Shown here in pieces: positions 32,090 to 40,940 of a DNA stretch of 64,000 nucleotides. Each line of letters begins with the position of its first letter. The stretch's first letter is position 1. The stretch lies in the sequence record MT612988.1; one strand, written 5' to 3'. The notes beneath the pieces are model-generated. The model saw nothing but the letters and a program-made list of their open reading frames with translations, made no database searches and was not told where the DNA came from. The position numbers and the translations under genes were made by a program.

Positions 32090-32545
32090 ATGGCATATTC
32101 TGGAAAATTTGTTCCGTCGAACAAGTCAAAATACAAAGGCAATTATCAAAAGATTGAGTATAGAAGCTCATGGGAATTGTCGTTTATGCGTTGGTGTGAC
32201 AACAACCCACACGTAGTTCGCTGGAATTCTGAAGAGATTGTAATCCCATATGTTAGTTCGGCTGACGGCGGGAAAAAACGTAGATATTTTATGGACTTTT
32301 ACGTGAAGTTCAGCGATGGGCGCGAATTCATATTTGAAATTAAACCGCACAAAGAAACGATGCCGCCTGAGAAGCCACAGAGGCTTACTGAAAAGGCTAA
32401 GAAACGTCTTTTAAAAGAAGTATATACGTTTCAAGTGAATCAAGATAAATGGGCTGCTGCGATTAAATTCGCAAAGCAGAAAGGTTGGCAATTCAAAGTC
32501 TTGACTGAACACGGACTGAGAAAATTGATAGGACTGAGAGTGTAA
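32090..32545 (+). CDS. gp4: head completion protein (PD-(D/E)xK fold)
   Basis: MAYSGKF.P.N..KY, YRSSWE, RYFMDF, EIKP, NQDKWAAA. Confidence 0.95.
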   Translation: MAYSGKFVPSNKSKYKGNYQKIEYRSSWELSFMRWCDNNPHVVRWNSEEIVIPYVSSADGGKKRRYFMDFYVKFSDGREFIFEIKPHKETMPPEKPQRLTEKAKKRLLKEVYTFQVNQDKWAAAIKFAKQKGWQFKVLTEHGLRKLIGLRV

Positions 32546-32546
32546 T

Positions 32547-33143
32547 ATGGCTAGACCAGAACGAGCAAAGAAGAAAAAGGAAAGTTTGCTTGATAGCTTC
32601 AAAGCTCAAACGCACGAGCTTGGTCGTCAACCAATCGCGAAGAATCAACGCAAATCATTAGCATGGTTCAAAAAGCGTGTTCATGATGCAATACGTAGTC
32701 GAAAAGTACAGCGACCACACAAAGGCAACATGTATGTATTCGCATATGATGCTAAACACAAAGACAAACTTCCGTATTGGGATAAATTCCCGTGTATTAT
32801 CTGTCTCGGGGTCGAAAAGGGATATATGTTAGGCTTGAACTTGCACTACATCCCACCGAAAGATCGCGAGAAGTTTTTAACAATTTTACTACGATACGCA
32901 ACTACAAAAACAGTAAGTAACACAACTCGACTATCGGTTGATTGGGGTCGAGTGAAAAACATCAAGTTCAGTAAACATATGGTTAAATTGTACATTCTAA
33001 AGCGAATTAAAGGTTCACTTGAAGAAGTCAAACCACATGATTGGTACAATGTTATTCACATGCCACTACAGCAATTCGTTGCTAAAAATGGTCGTAACAT
33101 TTCTGCTGTTCGTGCGTACGATGATCGTTATAGAAGGAGATAA
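32547..33143 (+). CDS. gp2: DNA end protector protein
   Basis: YDAKHKDKLPYWDKFP, GLNLHYIPP. Confidence 0.95.
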   Translation: MARPERAKKKKESLLDSFKAQTHELGRQPIAKNQRKSLAWFKKRVHDAIRSRKVQRPHKGNMYVFAYDAKHKDKLPYWDKFPCIICLGVEKGYMLGLNLHYIPPKDREKFLTILLRYATTKTVSNTTRLSVDWGRVKNIKFSKHMVKLYILKRIKGSLEEVKPHDWYNVIHMPLQQFVAKNGRNISAVRAYDDRYRRR

Positions 33144-33146
33144 CGA

Positions 33147-33893
33147 ATGGCAATCGGTATTGACGTTAAAAAGTTCTTATCTCAGATCAATAAGAACGAT
33201 TTAGCAAGACAAAACTTGTATGCGGTGCGTTTTGCATCGCTGCAAGATACAGCAAAGCAGTTAATGAACACTGGTGAAACGTTCTCGAATGCTGCATCGA
33301 CTAGAGTAAACGGTATCGGGGTTAAAGATGCATTAGCCTCGACTGCTGCGTTATTCGGTAGTGGGTTTGAATTCGAGCGAAACATCGGGATGATGGTTAA
33401 ATCAGTAAATATACCTGGGTCATCATACGAAACAGATATTGATAGATCGAGAAGACGTCCGCATCATGTAATCAAAACGAAAACTGATGAAACGGTAACG
33501 ATGTCGCTGTATCTTTCACCCTCACACCCTGAGCGTAAAATGCTATTAGGTTGGTTCAAACAGATTTATTCAAACGATTCTGCGCAAGTCGGGTTCTTCT
33601 CGAATTACGCACGCACTATCGAGATTTACACGTACGACCGCAACGCGAACATGGTTACTATGACCAGTTTAAAAAATGCGTTTCCTATTCGAGTCGGTGG
33701 AGTTCAGTTGGGCTATGAAAATAGCAATGCAGTTGCCGAATTCGAGGTTGAATTTGTTTACGAAAGTGCAACGTACATGACTGAAGATTTATCTAGCACA
33801 ATTGCAGACACGTTAGATATAACACAGAATTTCGAAAAAACATATAACAGCATTTACAATACTGCGGCAGAAACATTCCCAAACTTATTTTAA
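33147..33893 (+). CDS. gp54: baseplate tail-tube initiator
   Basis: gp19-like fold: DLARQNLYAVRF, SVNIPG, AFPIRVGGVQLGYE. Confidence 0.8.
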   Translation: MAIGIDVKKFLSQINKNDLARQNLYAVRFASLQDTAKQLMNTGETFSNAASTRVNGIGVKDALASTAALFGSGFEFERNIGMMVKSVNIPGSSYETDIDRSRRRPHHVIKTKTDETVTMSLYLSPSHPERKMLLGWFKQIYSNDSAQVGFFSNYARTIEIYTYDRNANMVTMTSLKNAFPIRVGGVQLGYENSNAVAEFEVEFVYESATYMTEDLSSTIADTLDITQNFEKTYNSIYNTAAETFPNLF

Positions 33894-33905
33894 GGCAAAA
33901 ATATC

Positions 33906-34754
33906 ATGACAAAACCATTTGATTTGAGCGTACTTGCTGCGCCTCAATATACTGTAAAACTACCATCTACTGGCGAAGAGATCAAGTTACGTGCCATGCT
34001 TGCAAAAGAGCATAAAACACTGTTGATCGCTAACGAATCAGATGAAAAGGTTGATGCAATCGAGCAATGTCTTGAAAACTGTATTGTTTCAGACATCAAG
34101 ATGGAAGACCTAACGGTTGGTGATGCTGAATACTTGTTCATGCACATGTATATGAACAGCAATGGCGTAACTGAAATTCAAGCGGAATACAACTGCTGTG
34201 CAGATAAGCCAGAAGAAGAACTCAAGCAGCTAGACGCACAAGAAGAAGCTGAACTTGAGAAATCTGCCGATGACTTGTTCGCAGAGATTGTTAATCAATC
34301 AAACGAAGAAGCAATCGAAGCGGTATTCGCACCTGAAAAGCGTCTATGCGGTGAACGAATCACGGCAAATATAGACCTAAACGCTGCGTTTGTGCCTGCA
34401 TTCACTGGTGAAGATACAGTTCGTGTTAACAAACAAGTATTAATCAAACTTCAACACCCGAATATTCGCGTGTATGAGAACAACGACCCTAACACACCTG
34501 AAGGTCTGTTCAATATTGCTGTTGAATCAATCAAAGAAGTTCACGTTGGTGATACTGTGTACAGCAAAGAAGAGCTTGCAGCACAAGGTCAGTTGATCAA
34601 TATCATGGGTGAACTAGACACTGCTGCATTCAAGAAAGTTCAAACTTTCGTCGATGCAGTGCCGCGAATCACCACTTATGTTGACGTTAAATGTCCTAAG
34701 TGTGGTAACGCAGAGAAAGTAACTCTACGAGGCATCGAAGATTTTTTCGTATAA
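33906..34754 (+). CDS. gp26: baseplate hub subunit
   Basis: KLPSTGEEIKLRAMLAKE, DAEYLF, KCPKCG..TLRGIEDFF. Confidence 0.9.
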   Translation: MTKPFDLSVLAAPQYTVKLPSTGEEIKLRAMLAKEHKTLLIANESDEKVDAIEQCLENCIVSDIKMEDLTVGDAEYLFMHMYMNSNGVTEIQAEYNCCADKPEEELKQLDAQEEAELEKSADDLFAEIVNQSNEEAIEAVFAPEKRLCGERITANIDLNAAFVPAFTGEDTVRVNKQVLIKLQHPNIRVYENNDPNTPEGLFNIAVESIKEVHVGDTVYSKEELAAQGQLINIMGELDTAAFKKVQTFVDAVPRITTYVDVKCPKCGNAEKVTLRGIEDFFV

Positions 34755-34921
34755 TGCTCGGTAGATACTCACTCGAAGAGTATTACAAAGAAAACTTTGC
34801 CATGATCACTCATGGCAATTTTTCGCTATACGATTTAGAGACAATGGTTCTATTCGAGCGCGAAATCTATGCCGCACAGCTTATACATCACATCAAAGAA
34901 AAGAATAAGGAACAACAATAA
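34754..34921 (+). CDS. gp51: baseplate hub assembly catalyst (55 aa, not in ORF track)
   Basis: MLGRYSLEEYYKENFAMITHGNFSLYDLETMVLFEREIY; TAATG-coupled to both neighbours. Confidence 0.85.
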   Translation: MLGRYSLEEYYKENFAMITHGNFSLYDLETMVLFEREIYAAQLIHHIKEKNKEQQ

Positions 34922-36894
34922 TGGCGGCTGATGAAAAAAAGATGAATGAGATAATCGGAAGATTAGATCATTTGATTCTCCAACAAGAAGACCGACCTGA
35001 AGTTTACACGATGCAGCGTGTGGCTCGTCATATCAACAACATTGATATAACAACGTCAACGATGCTCGAAACAATGCAATCGGTCTTCAAAACTAACGAA
35101 AAGGCAGTTGCACAACAGAAAAATCTATTTCAGCGCGTCATTGAAAACTTCGAACAGACATCAAACAGAGTCCGCGCTTCGATTATATCACTAACTGATA
35201 TCATCAAAACTACTTTAGATTTCAAAGGTCACTTGTCTAGAATTGATCGCGGTATTCAAGAGATGCGATTGACTGCAAAAATGCAGTTTGCTCGTATGCA
35301 GGAGGGGTTTACTCGATGGTTTGAACGACTGATCTTCAGAGTCAATGACATGAAGCGAATAATCGGGCTTCAGAAGACGACTGCCGACGATTTAAATAGT
35401 TTCTTGACGAACGGTGCGGGTAACAACTCTCCGCTTACTGTGGGCTTTATAAGCGCGTTATACAAGAAGATATTTGCATATCAAGTCGTTACTGATACCC
35501 GTGCTCGTAAAACTGAGCAATTTCGTTACAAAGAAAACATGAAAGTGCAACGCAATCAAGCGAGTGATCTACGTCGAATCGCGAATCACCTAACAGGCGA
35601 AAAGCTAGGATGGATTGCCAAGTTGTTTAGACTAGTTGGTGTAGGTCTAGTAATGCTAGGCGGTCAATTAGTAACGTTTTCAACATCTATGGCAGCGGCT
35701 GCATCAACGGCTAGTAAATTTGGTAAACTAGGTCGAATCGCTTCAAGCATTCTCTTAGGGTTTGGTAAGTTTAGCCAAGGGACGGGTAAAATCGTTCAAG
35801 AACTTGCAACTGACATGAGAGGCACGGTCAAAAAATGGATGTGGGCAGTTGTTCGTCAAACATTCTTAGGACTAGGTCGTATGATTTCAATCATGTTAAA
35901 CCCAATCGCATTAGCTGGTATGCTTGCGGGTTATGGCATTTACAAGTTATTTGAAGAAGAAATCGACCGAATCTTCGTTGCATTGAAGAGTATTTTCAGC
36001 GACCCCGAAAAACGGGAAATGTTGTTTAATATAGTGTCGAACTGGTTTAGCGATATGGTTCGAGGTATCGGAGAATGGTTCGGTATTGTCAGTGACAATA
36101 TTCAAGAAGCAGTACCCGAAGGTGCAGTTGATGGAATTGTATCTGGCTTCAATGCAGTGACATCTTTCGTTAAGAAAGCTTTCCGAATGTACGTTAATGC
36201 AATTAACAAAATCATAGCTGGTTGGTTATCAATTCCTGATTCGTTTAGATTGCTTATGTTAGCAATAGATGACTTGATGTTAAACGTTAAATCATTCGTA
36301 GTTGATGCATTAGATGCATTACCAGACTGGATGCGTTCAGAAGGCATGGACAAGTTCATAGCCGATGCTGACATTGAAGGTAAAAGAGCGAAACTAGATG
36401 CTGACAAAGCTGAAGTTCGTGAAAGACTCAATGCGCGTTATCAAACAGACTATCTAGGCAAAGCTGGGGATATGATCGTTGATGGGGCTAAGAATACAGC
36501 ACAAGCGGTTATAGACGGTGCTAAGAACGCTGCTGATGCTATCAAAGACCCTGCTAAGAATTTAGCAACGTCTGCCGAATCTCTTGACAAGTTCTTGCAA
36601 GCTGAAGTCGAGAAGAAGCAAATAGCAGAAGACGCAATTGTAGCGGCTGAACGTCAACGTATGATTAATGAGGGGATCATTAAGCCAATGCAAGAAGTTA
36701 AGCGTTCAATCATCTTAGAAGCTGTCGCAGCGCGAGAAGCAGCATTCCGAGCAGCACAGCAAACGAAAGAGGTTGGAACTAACTTCGTGAACAATGCGGT
36801 CAATTCAGTTCAGAATACAACGAACTTCAATAGACCGTTAAGCGTAAACAGTGAAGCGAAAGTGCCTTCACCAAATAGAAGAACGGTGAATTAA
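34921..36894 (+). CDS. tape-measure-like protein (gp29 position)
   Basis: 657 aa, helical, central hydrophobic segments, located after gp26/gp51. Confidence 0.7.
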   Translation: MAADEKKMNEIIGRLDHLILQQEDRPEVYTMQRVARHINNIDITTSTMLETMQSVFKTNEKAVAQQKNLFQRVIENFEQTSNRVRASIISLTDIIKTTLDFKGHLSRIDRGIQEMRLTAKMQFARMQEGFTRWFERLIFRVNDMKRIIGLQKTTADDLNSFLTNGAGNNSPLTVGFISALYKKIFAYQVVTDTRARKTEQFRYKENMKVQRNQASDLRRIANHLTGEKLGWIAKLFRLVGVGLVMLGGQLVTFSTSMAAAASTASKFGKLGRIASSILLGFGKFSQGTGKIVQELATDMRGTVKKWMWAVVRQTFLGLGRMISIMLNPIALAGMLAGYGIYKLFEEEIDRIFVALKSIFSDPEKREMLFNIVSNWFSDMVRGIGEWFGIVSDNIQEAVPEGAVDGIVSGFNAVTSFVKKAFRMYVNAINKIIAGWLSIPDSFRLLMLAIDDLMLNVKSFVVDALDALPDWMRSEGMDKFIADADIEGKRAKLDADKAEVRERLNARYQTDYLGKAGDMIVDGAKNTAQAVIDGAKNAADAIKDPAKNLATSAESLDKFLQAEVEKKQIAEDAIVAAERQRMINEGIIKPMQEVKRSIILEAVAAREAAFRAAQQTKEVGTNFVNNAVNSVQNTTNFNRPLSVNSEAKVPSPNRRTVN

Positions 36895-37430
36895 TGAAAA
36901 ACTTAACGATGAAGAATAATTTCCGAATCGACATCCCTGATAATAACGCAACTCAAACGTTCCAGTGGCAGATACAAACTGCCACTATCCCGGGTGTTAC
37001 GATGGAAATTGCAAGCATTACTCGTGGTCCGAAGTATGCCAAACTAGCAAATAACCATGTTGCAGGTTCTGGTACATCATATGACGATCTTTCGATTCAA
37101 TTTCTAGTCGATGAAGAAATGCGGACGTATGCCGAGCTGTATAGATGGTTGATCACAATGAATAACCCAACAGGTGCTAGTACAAGTGACGGGATTGTTC
37201 CAGTTACTATGCTTCTACATGTTCTAGACAACAACAAAGATAAAATTGTAGCAACATATCGTTTTGTCAATGCATTTCCAAAGTCACTCAGTGCTGTAGA
37301 ATGGAACTATACTGAATCTGGTGATGTTGAAGTCGTAACTTGTGATGTCGAGTTTGAATATTCATATTTTGAAATGATTCATAAAGTCGATGGCAAAGAA
37401 GAAGTAATAACACCCTATATGGGTTCATAG
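36894..37430 (+). CDS. gp3: tail tube terminator / completion protein
   Basis: QTATIPGV, YDDLSIQFLVDEEMRTY.ELYRW, AFPKSLS. Confidence 0.9.
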   Translation: MKNLTMKNNFRIDIPDNNATQTFQWQIQTATIPGVTMEIASITRGPKYAKLANNHVAGSGTSYDDLSIQFLVDEEMRTYAELYRWLITMNNPTGASTSDGIVPVTMLLHVLDNNKDKIVATYRFVNAFPKSLSAVEWNYTESGDVEVVTCDVEFEYSYFEMIHKVDGKEEVITPYMGS

Positions 37431-37440
37431 AAAGCAATTA

Positions 37441-37462
37441 AGCCCCTTACGGGGCTTTTTTT
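37441..37462 (+). terminator. intrinsic terminator after gp3
   Basis: AGCCCC-ttac-GGGGCT followed by a T tract. Confidence 0.85.
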
Positions 37463-37476
37463 GTATCTGAATCTAG

Positions 37477-37572
37477 AGCGAAGCGGCAGAATTTGGTGTG
37501 AGGCCCAAAAATTGGGCATCATCTTAGTAGTATTAGTAGTTTTAGTGAAGTTAGAGGTATTAGTAATATTAG
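37477..37572 (+). repeat. dispersed intergenic element copy 2 (hairpin plus six TTAG units at 9-nt period)
   Basis: Homologous to 11556-11644. Confidence 0.8.
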
Positions 37573-37660
37573 AGAATAGGCACCTTGTCGCATTGTTTAG
37601 AAATCACCAGATCTGTCGTATAATCGTGAGACGAAACACACTATTAATAGGTAACTCATT

Positions 37661-38305
37661 ATGATTATAGGAATCAATGGACAAAAGCGTTCAGGGAAAG
37701 ATACCCTTGCTGCTGCCATTAAAAAATCTCATAGTGATAGCACTTACATTTACAAATTTGCCGACCCGATTAAAGAAGGGTTGTTCATTGGGTTAAAAGA
37801 ATATGGCTATGATTATGCAGACATAGACGGTCAAACAGATTGTGACCGCGAAGTTCCAGTATTTACGTTAGACGAAGCAATTGAACTTGTATTGAAGTGC
37901 TGTGACTACGCAAACGTAGATGCTGATTATGATTACGTATACTTTACTCTACTTCCACACACTGGTCTTTTTAGTATTCGAGATCTCTTACAAATGACAG
38001 GTACTGATGTTGCACGTTCTCTTAACGATCAGCATTGGATCAATTATGCACGTGATAAATACAATCAGTTAGTGTTTAACAACCCCGACTTGCTCTTTAT
38101 AATTACTGATGTTCGTTTTGAAAACGAAATGAATTTAGTATATGAGCTTGGTGGCACGATGTTACAAGTTAACCGAGAAGGTTCTCTGGCATCTAATCAC
38201 ATTAGCGATACCGAATTGGGTTTTATTGAAGACGCTATTCAAATAGACAATAACGGTTCTCTTGAAGAACTGTATGAACAAATTGATAATTTAAATTTAA
38301 GGTGA
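37661..38305 (+). CDS. gp1: deoxynucleoside monophosphate kinase
   Basis: GINGQKRSGKDT P-loop, FADPIK, LQMTGTD, ITDVRFENE. Confidence 0.95.
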   Translation: MIIGINGQKRSGKDTLAAAIKKSHSDSTYIYKFADPIKEGLFIGLKEYGYDYADIDGQTDCDREVPVFTLDEAIELVLKCCDYANVDADYDYVYFTLLPHTGLFSIRDLLQMTGTDVARSLNDQHWINYARDKYNQLVFNNPDLLFIITDVRFENEMNLVYELGGTMLQVNREGSLASNHISDTELGFIEDAIQIDNNGSLEELYEQIDNLNLR

Positions 38306-38310
38306 AAAAC

Positions 38311-38577
38311 ATGTCACAACAAACTGCTGAACAAGTAATCGAACAGAAAGACGCACAAATCAAAGATCTGAAAGTGCGTACCTTTGACCTACAAGAGACT
38401 CTTCAAGAAGAACGCAACTCTTTTGGTCAGTTCGTGGGTGTACTAGCTCAACTACTCGATTTCGATCAGGCGCAAGCAAGTTCTCTACAGAACTACGTTG
38501 ACGAAATCGCAATTCTAACCGGTAAAGCTGAACGTCCTGCTGAAGGCGACGGCGAACAAGAAAAAGACGCTGAATAA
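38311..38577 (+). CDS. gp57A: tail fibre assembly chaperone
   Basis: Coiled coil with LKVRTFDLQE; position between gp1 and 57B. Confidence 0.8.
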   Translation: MSQQTAEQVIEQKDAQIKDLKVRTFDLQETLQEERNSFGQFVGVLAQLLDFDQAQASSLQNYVDEIAILTGKAERPAEGDGEQEKDAE

Positions 38578-39032
38578 TGAAACTATCTAAGTTCCTTGAA
38601 AGTCAGGGAACTTACGTTGGTATCAGATTAGACGAGGCGAGTAAGCAAGAGTTAGTTCGATTGCAGAAAACGCTTCGTCTAAAAAATCCGTTAGAACCAG
38701 ATAAATTTCACGTGACTGTGCTTTATAGTCGTAAGCAAATTGATGTACCTGTTGTCGATACCACTTTCGTTGCTACTGTTGAACATATCGACTGTTGGAA
38801 AACGCAAGACGGCAAATATGCAGTTGTTGCTAAGATGGTATGTCCAGAACTTGTAGAACGTCACGATGATCTTATCTCTATCGGTGGTACTCACGACTAC
38901 CCTGACTATACCCCTCACGTTACGTTGTCTTATGACGACGCGATCACACCTATGCCCGTCAACGCTGAAGTTCGGCTTGTTGATGAATATCTTGAACCAC
39001 TTGATTTAAATTGGGTTGATAGTAATGACTGA
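38577..39032 (+). CDS. 57B: 2H phosphoesterase, anti-CBASS nuclease Acb1 homologue
   Basis: Two HxT motifs (HVTVLYS, HVTLSY), WKTQDG, GTHDYPDYTPH, EYLEPL.LNW as in T4 gp57B/Acb1. Confidence 0.9.
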   Translation: MKLSKFLESQGTYVGIRLDEASKQELVRLQKTLRLKNPLEPDKFHVTVLYSRKQIDVPVVDTTFVATVEHIDCWKTQDGKYAVVAKMVCPELVERHDDLISIGGTHDYPDYTPHVTLSYDDAITPMPVNAEVRLVDEYLEPLDLNWVDSND

Positions 39033-39279
39033 TTTATCTACTGAAGCAGTATTAAAGAAGTACAATGAAGCTCCCGAAACTCTAACTACTGAAGAGAACG
39101 TTGTATTATTGACGTATATCATCGGTATGCAGACCGATCAGATTGCTTTACTTAAAGAGAACAACAAACTTTACGATAAAGCTATCACTGAGCTTCAACA
39201 AGCTGTATCTCAGCTTCAAATCAAGCACGCTGCGCTTGAACGAGGTGAGACAGAAAGCGGTATCATTCTTTCAGTATAA
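39025..39279 (+). CDS. hypothetical coiled-coil protein
   Basis: ORF overlapping the 57B end; heptad pattern. Confidence 0.7.
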   Translation: MTDLSTEAVLKKYNEAPETLTTEENVVLLTYIIGMQTDQIALLKENNKLYDKAITELQQAVSQLQIKHAALERGETESGIILSV

Positions 39280-39295
39280 AAACTTTCAAAAAGTT

Positions 39296-39324
39296 GTTGA
39301 CTTATTCTGAAAAGCATGTAGAAT
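39296..39324 (+). promoter_or_regulatory. T4-type early promoter P1 of the tRNA island
   Basis: A-tract, GTTGAC-17 nt-TAGAAT. Confidence 0.8.
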
Positions 39325-39388
39325 GTATTTCATCGAGTCGAGAGACAGAACACAAACTTTCAACTCGATGAAATATTTGAAAAAAGTT

Positions 39389-39417
39389 GTTGACTTACAC
39401 TGAAATGATGTTAAGAT
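39389..39417 (+). promoter_or_regulatory. T4-type early promoter P2 of the tRNA island
   Basis: A-tract, GTTGAC-17 nt-TAAGAT with TGn extension. Confidence 0.8.
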
Positions 39418-39425
39418 TAACACAG

Positions 39426-39534
39426 TTGATTAAGCGAGCTAAGTTCATCGTTCTCGCCTCTTATTGAAGATGAACAATATTGATTAAGCAGACTAAACTC
39501 ATCGTTTCTGCCTCTTCTCTGAAGATGAGTAATA
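39426..39534 (+). ncRNA. two tandem 54/55-nt repeats, each an H-type pseudoknot
   Basis: S1 GCGAG/CTCGC vs GCAGA/TCTGC; S2 GTTCATC/GATGAAC vs ACTCATC/GATGAGT; five compensated pairs. Confidence 0.8.
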
Positions 39535-39613
39535 TTTTAAATGTGCGTTAGCCGCAATGAATACATGGAGCCAGTATACGTTCTGGCGTGCAAGTAGCGC
39601 ACATTTAAAATAT
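39532..39613 (+). ncRNA. long-stem RNA with a CCGCAA variant of the helix-CWGCAA module
   Basis: 16-bp perfect IR (39532-47/39598-613) extended inward; CCGCAA at 39552. Confidence 0.5.
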
Positions 39614-39628
39614 CGAGAGTACATTGGT

Positions 39629-39751
39629 CGAGTGTTGGTGTAGTGGCAGCACACGTAGCATACTGTAATCAGACATGATTATATTCAGCAACCAATTTAC
39701 GCATATCATAGGGAGATCGTGGGAACGGTTCGATTCCGTTACACTCGACCA
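39629..39751 (+). ncRNA. tRNA-Pro(AGG)-like RNA with a 49-nt insertion between positions 28 and 29
   Basis: Acceptor CGAGTGT/ACACTCG+ACCA, D arm, CG|ATC-ATAGGGA-GATCG anticodon arm, T arm. The insert 39656-39704 holds a hairpin plus CAGCAA. Confidence 0.8.
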
Positions 39752-39784
39752 ATGTACTCTCACTAACAAAGCGAGGTGGACAAT

Positions 39785-39940
39785 TTGATTGTATATCTTC
39801 TCGCACTAGTATTCATCGTCCTCTTTGCCTTGGACATTGAAGAAGAAAAGGTGCGCATTCATACTTTTGCGCTAATCACATGCGAACGGGTCATTCATCC
39901 CGTAATTAAAGCGCACGATTCCAGATTGTGTTTTGATTAG
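39785..39940 (+). CDS. small membrane protein (TTG start)
   Basis: GAGGTGG RBS; N-terminal hydrophobic helix LIVYLLALVFIVLFAL; 51 aa. Confidence 0.5.
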   Translation: MIVYLLALVFIVLFALDIEEEKVRIHTFALITCERVIHPVIKAHDSRLCFD

Positions 39941-40010
39941 CTAAGGCAAATATAACTAGAGGATTTTTGGTGCTTGTGGTTAATCACAAGCACTCTCAAG
40001 AACATATTGA

Positions 40011-40132
40011 GCAGGGTTGGTGTAGTGGCTAGCACACGTAGCATAAACGCAAGCTGTTAAGTTTGTATTCTGCAATCAATTTAGCATATCATTTCCAAGA
40101 TCGTGACGCAGGTTCGAATCCTGCACCCTGCT
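40011..40132 (+). ncRNA. tRNA-Gly(TCC)-like RNA with a 49-nt insertion between positions 28 and 29
   Basis: GCAGGGT/ACCCTGC with U73; 8-nt loop ATTTCCAA; insert 40039-40087 holds a hairpin plus CTGCAA; no encoded CCA. Confidence 0.8.
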
Positions 40133-40150
40133 CAATATGTTTTTACATTG

Positions 40151-40264
40151 GTGAAGTTAGTTCAGTTGGTTAGAATGCCGGCCAAAAAAAACGAAGTCTG
40201 ATAAGATTTCATTCTGCATTCACATGCACGCCGGAGGTCGCAGGTTCGAGTCCTGCACTTCACC
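40151..40264 (+). ncRNA. tRNA-Asp-like body with ~43 nt inserted in the anticodon loop
   Basis: GTGAAGT/ACTTCAC, Asp-type D arm, CCGGC/GCCGG stem, T arm; insert has GAAGTC-TGATAA-GATTTC hairpin plus CTGCAT. Confidence 0.75.
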
Positions 40265-40274
40265 TTCAAATTCT

Positions 40275-40399
40275 GGAGAGTTAGCTCAGTCTGGTAGAGC
40301 AAAAGAATGTTAAAGAATACTGACAAGCATTCATGCTGCAAACCTTAATAACTAGGTAAATCTTTTTGTCACGCGGTTCAAATCCCGTACTCTCCACCA
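40275..40399 (+). ncRNA. tRNA-like RNA with an expanded anticodon loop
   Basis: GGAGAGT/ACTCTCC+ACCA, D arm, AAAGA/TCTTT stem enclosing GAATAC-TGACAA-GCATTC plus CTGCAA. Confidence 0.75.
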
Positions 40400-40413
40400 A
40401 TTTTCGAGGGTTT

Positions 40414-40782
40414 ATGAATAAGTTTAATGACATAAATGACGAACTTGATTGTATATTGCATCGTTGTGAGATTGTAAAGCGCAATCTTCGAAAATATTGT
40501 ACATTTGCTGTTGAAATGCAGTATAGACTTATGATAAACTTCATTGGCATGGGTTGCTATCAACAAGTTCTGCCGATATTAGACAATCTAAATTATCACC
40601 CTGATACAAGTCAGTTTGATAATATTGAGATTATGCAAACTATAAAAGAATTGATGAAATGTGCAGATAAGCTCGATTTGCTGCATCAACAAGACGCATT
40701 TCATCAAATTAAATCGACTGCTCGTATTACAGAAGAAGCAAACATCTTCGCTGCGAAAGTTGGTCGATTTCTAGAGAAATGA
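40414..40782 (+). CDS. hypothetical protein
   Basis: GAGGG RBS before ATG 40414; the track start overlaps a tRNA-like RNA. Confidence 0.7.
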   Translation: MNKFNDINDELDCILHRCEIVKRNLRKYCTFAVEMQYRLMINFIGMGCYQQVLPILDNLNYHPDTSQFDNIEIMQTIKELMKCADKLDLLHQQDAFHQIKSTARITEEANIFAAKVGRFLEK

Positions 40783-40783
40783 T

Positions 40784-40861
40784 GGCCCTATAGCTCAACA
40801 CGGTTAGAGCAACCGACTCATAATCGGTAGGTTACAGGTTCGAGTCCTGTTGGGGTCACCA
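40784..40861 (+). tRNA. tRNA-CAT (Ile2/lysidine type most likely)
   Basis: Cloverleaf, loop CTCATAA, GGCCC acceptor, CCA. Confidence 0.9.
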
Positions 40862-40881
40862 AAATAAATTGAAAAAAGTTG

Positions 40882-40910
40882 TTGACAGACGTTTCATCAA
40901 CGTGTAGTAT
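40882..40910 (+). promoter_or_regulatory. early/sigma70 promoter
   Basis: TTGACA-17 nt-TAGTAT. Confidence 0.8.
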
Positions 40911-40940
40911 ACACATTATCAACTACACGAGGAAAACATT

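Noticed and set aside
39426-39534. CRISPR mini-array interpretation of the tandem repeats
   Set aside because: The repeats abut with no spacer, are 54-55 nt long, and differ by compensated stem changes. No cas genes are present.
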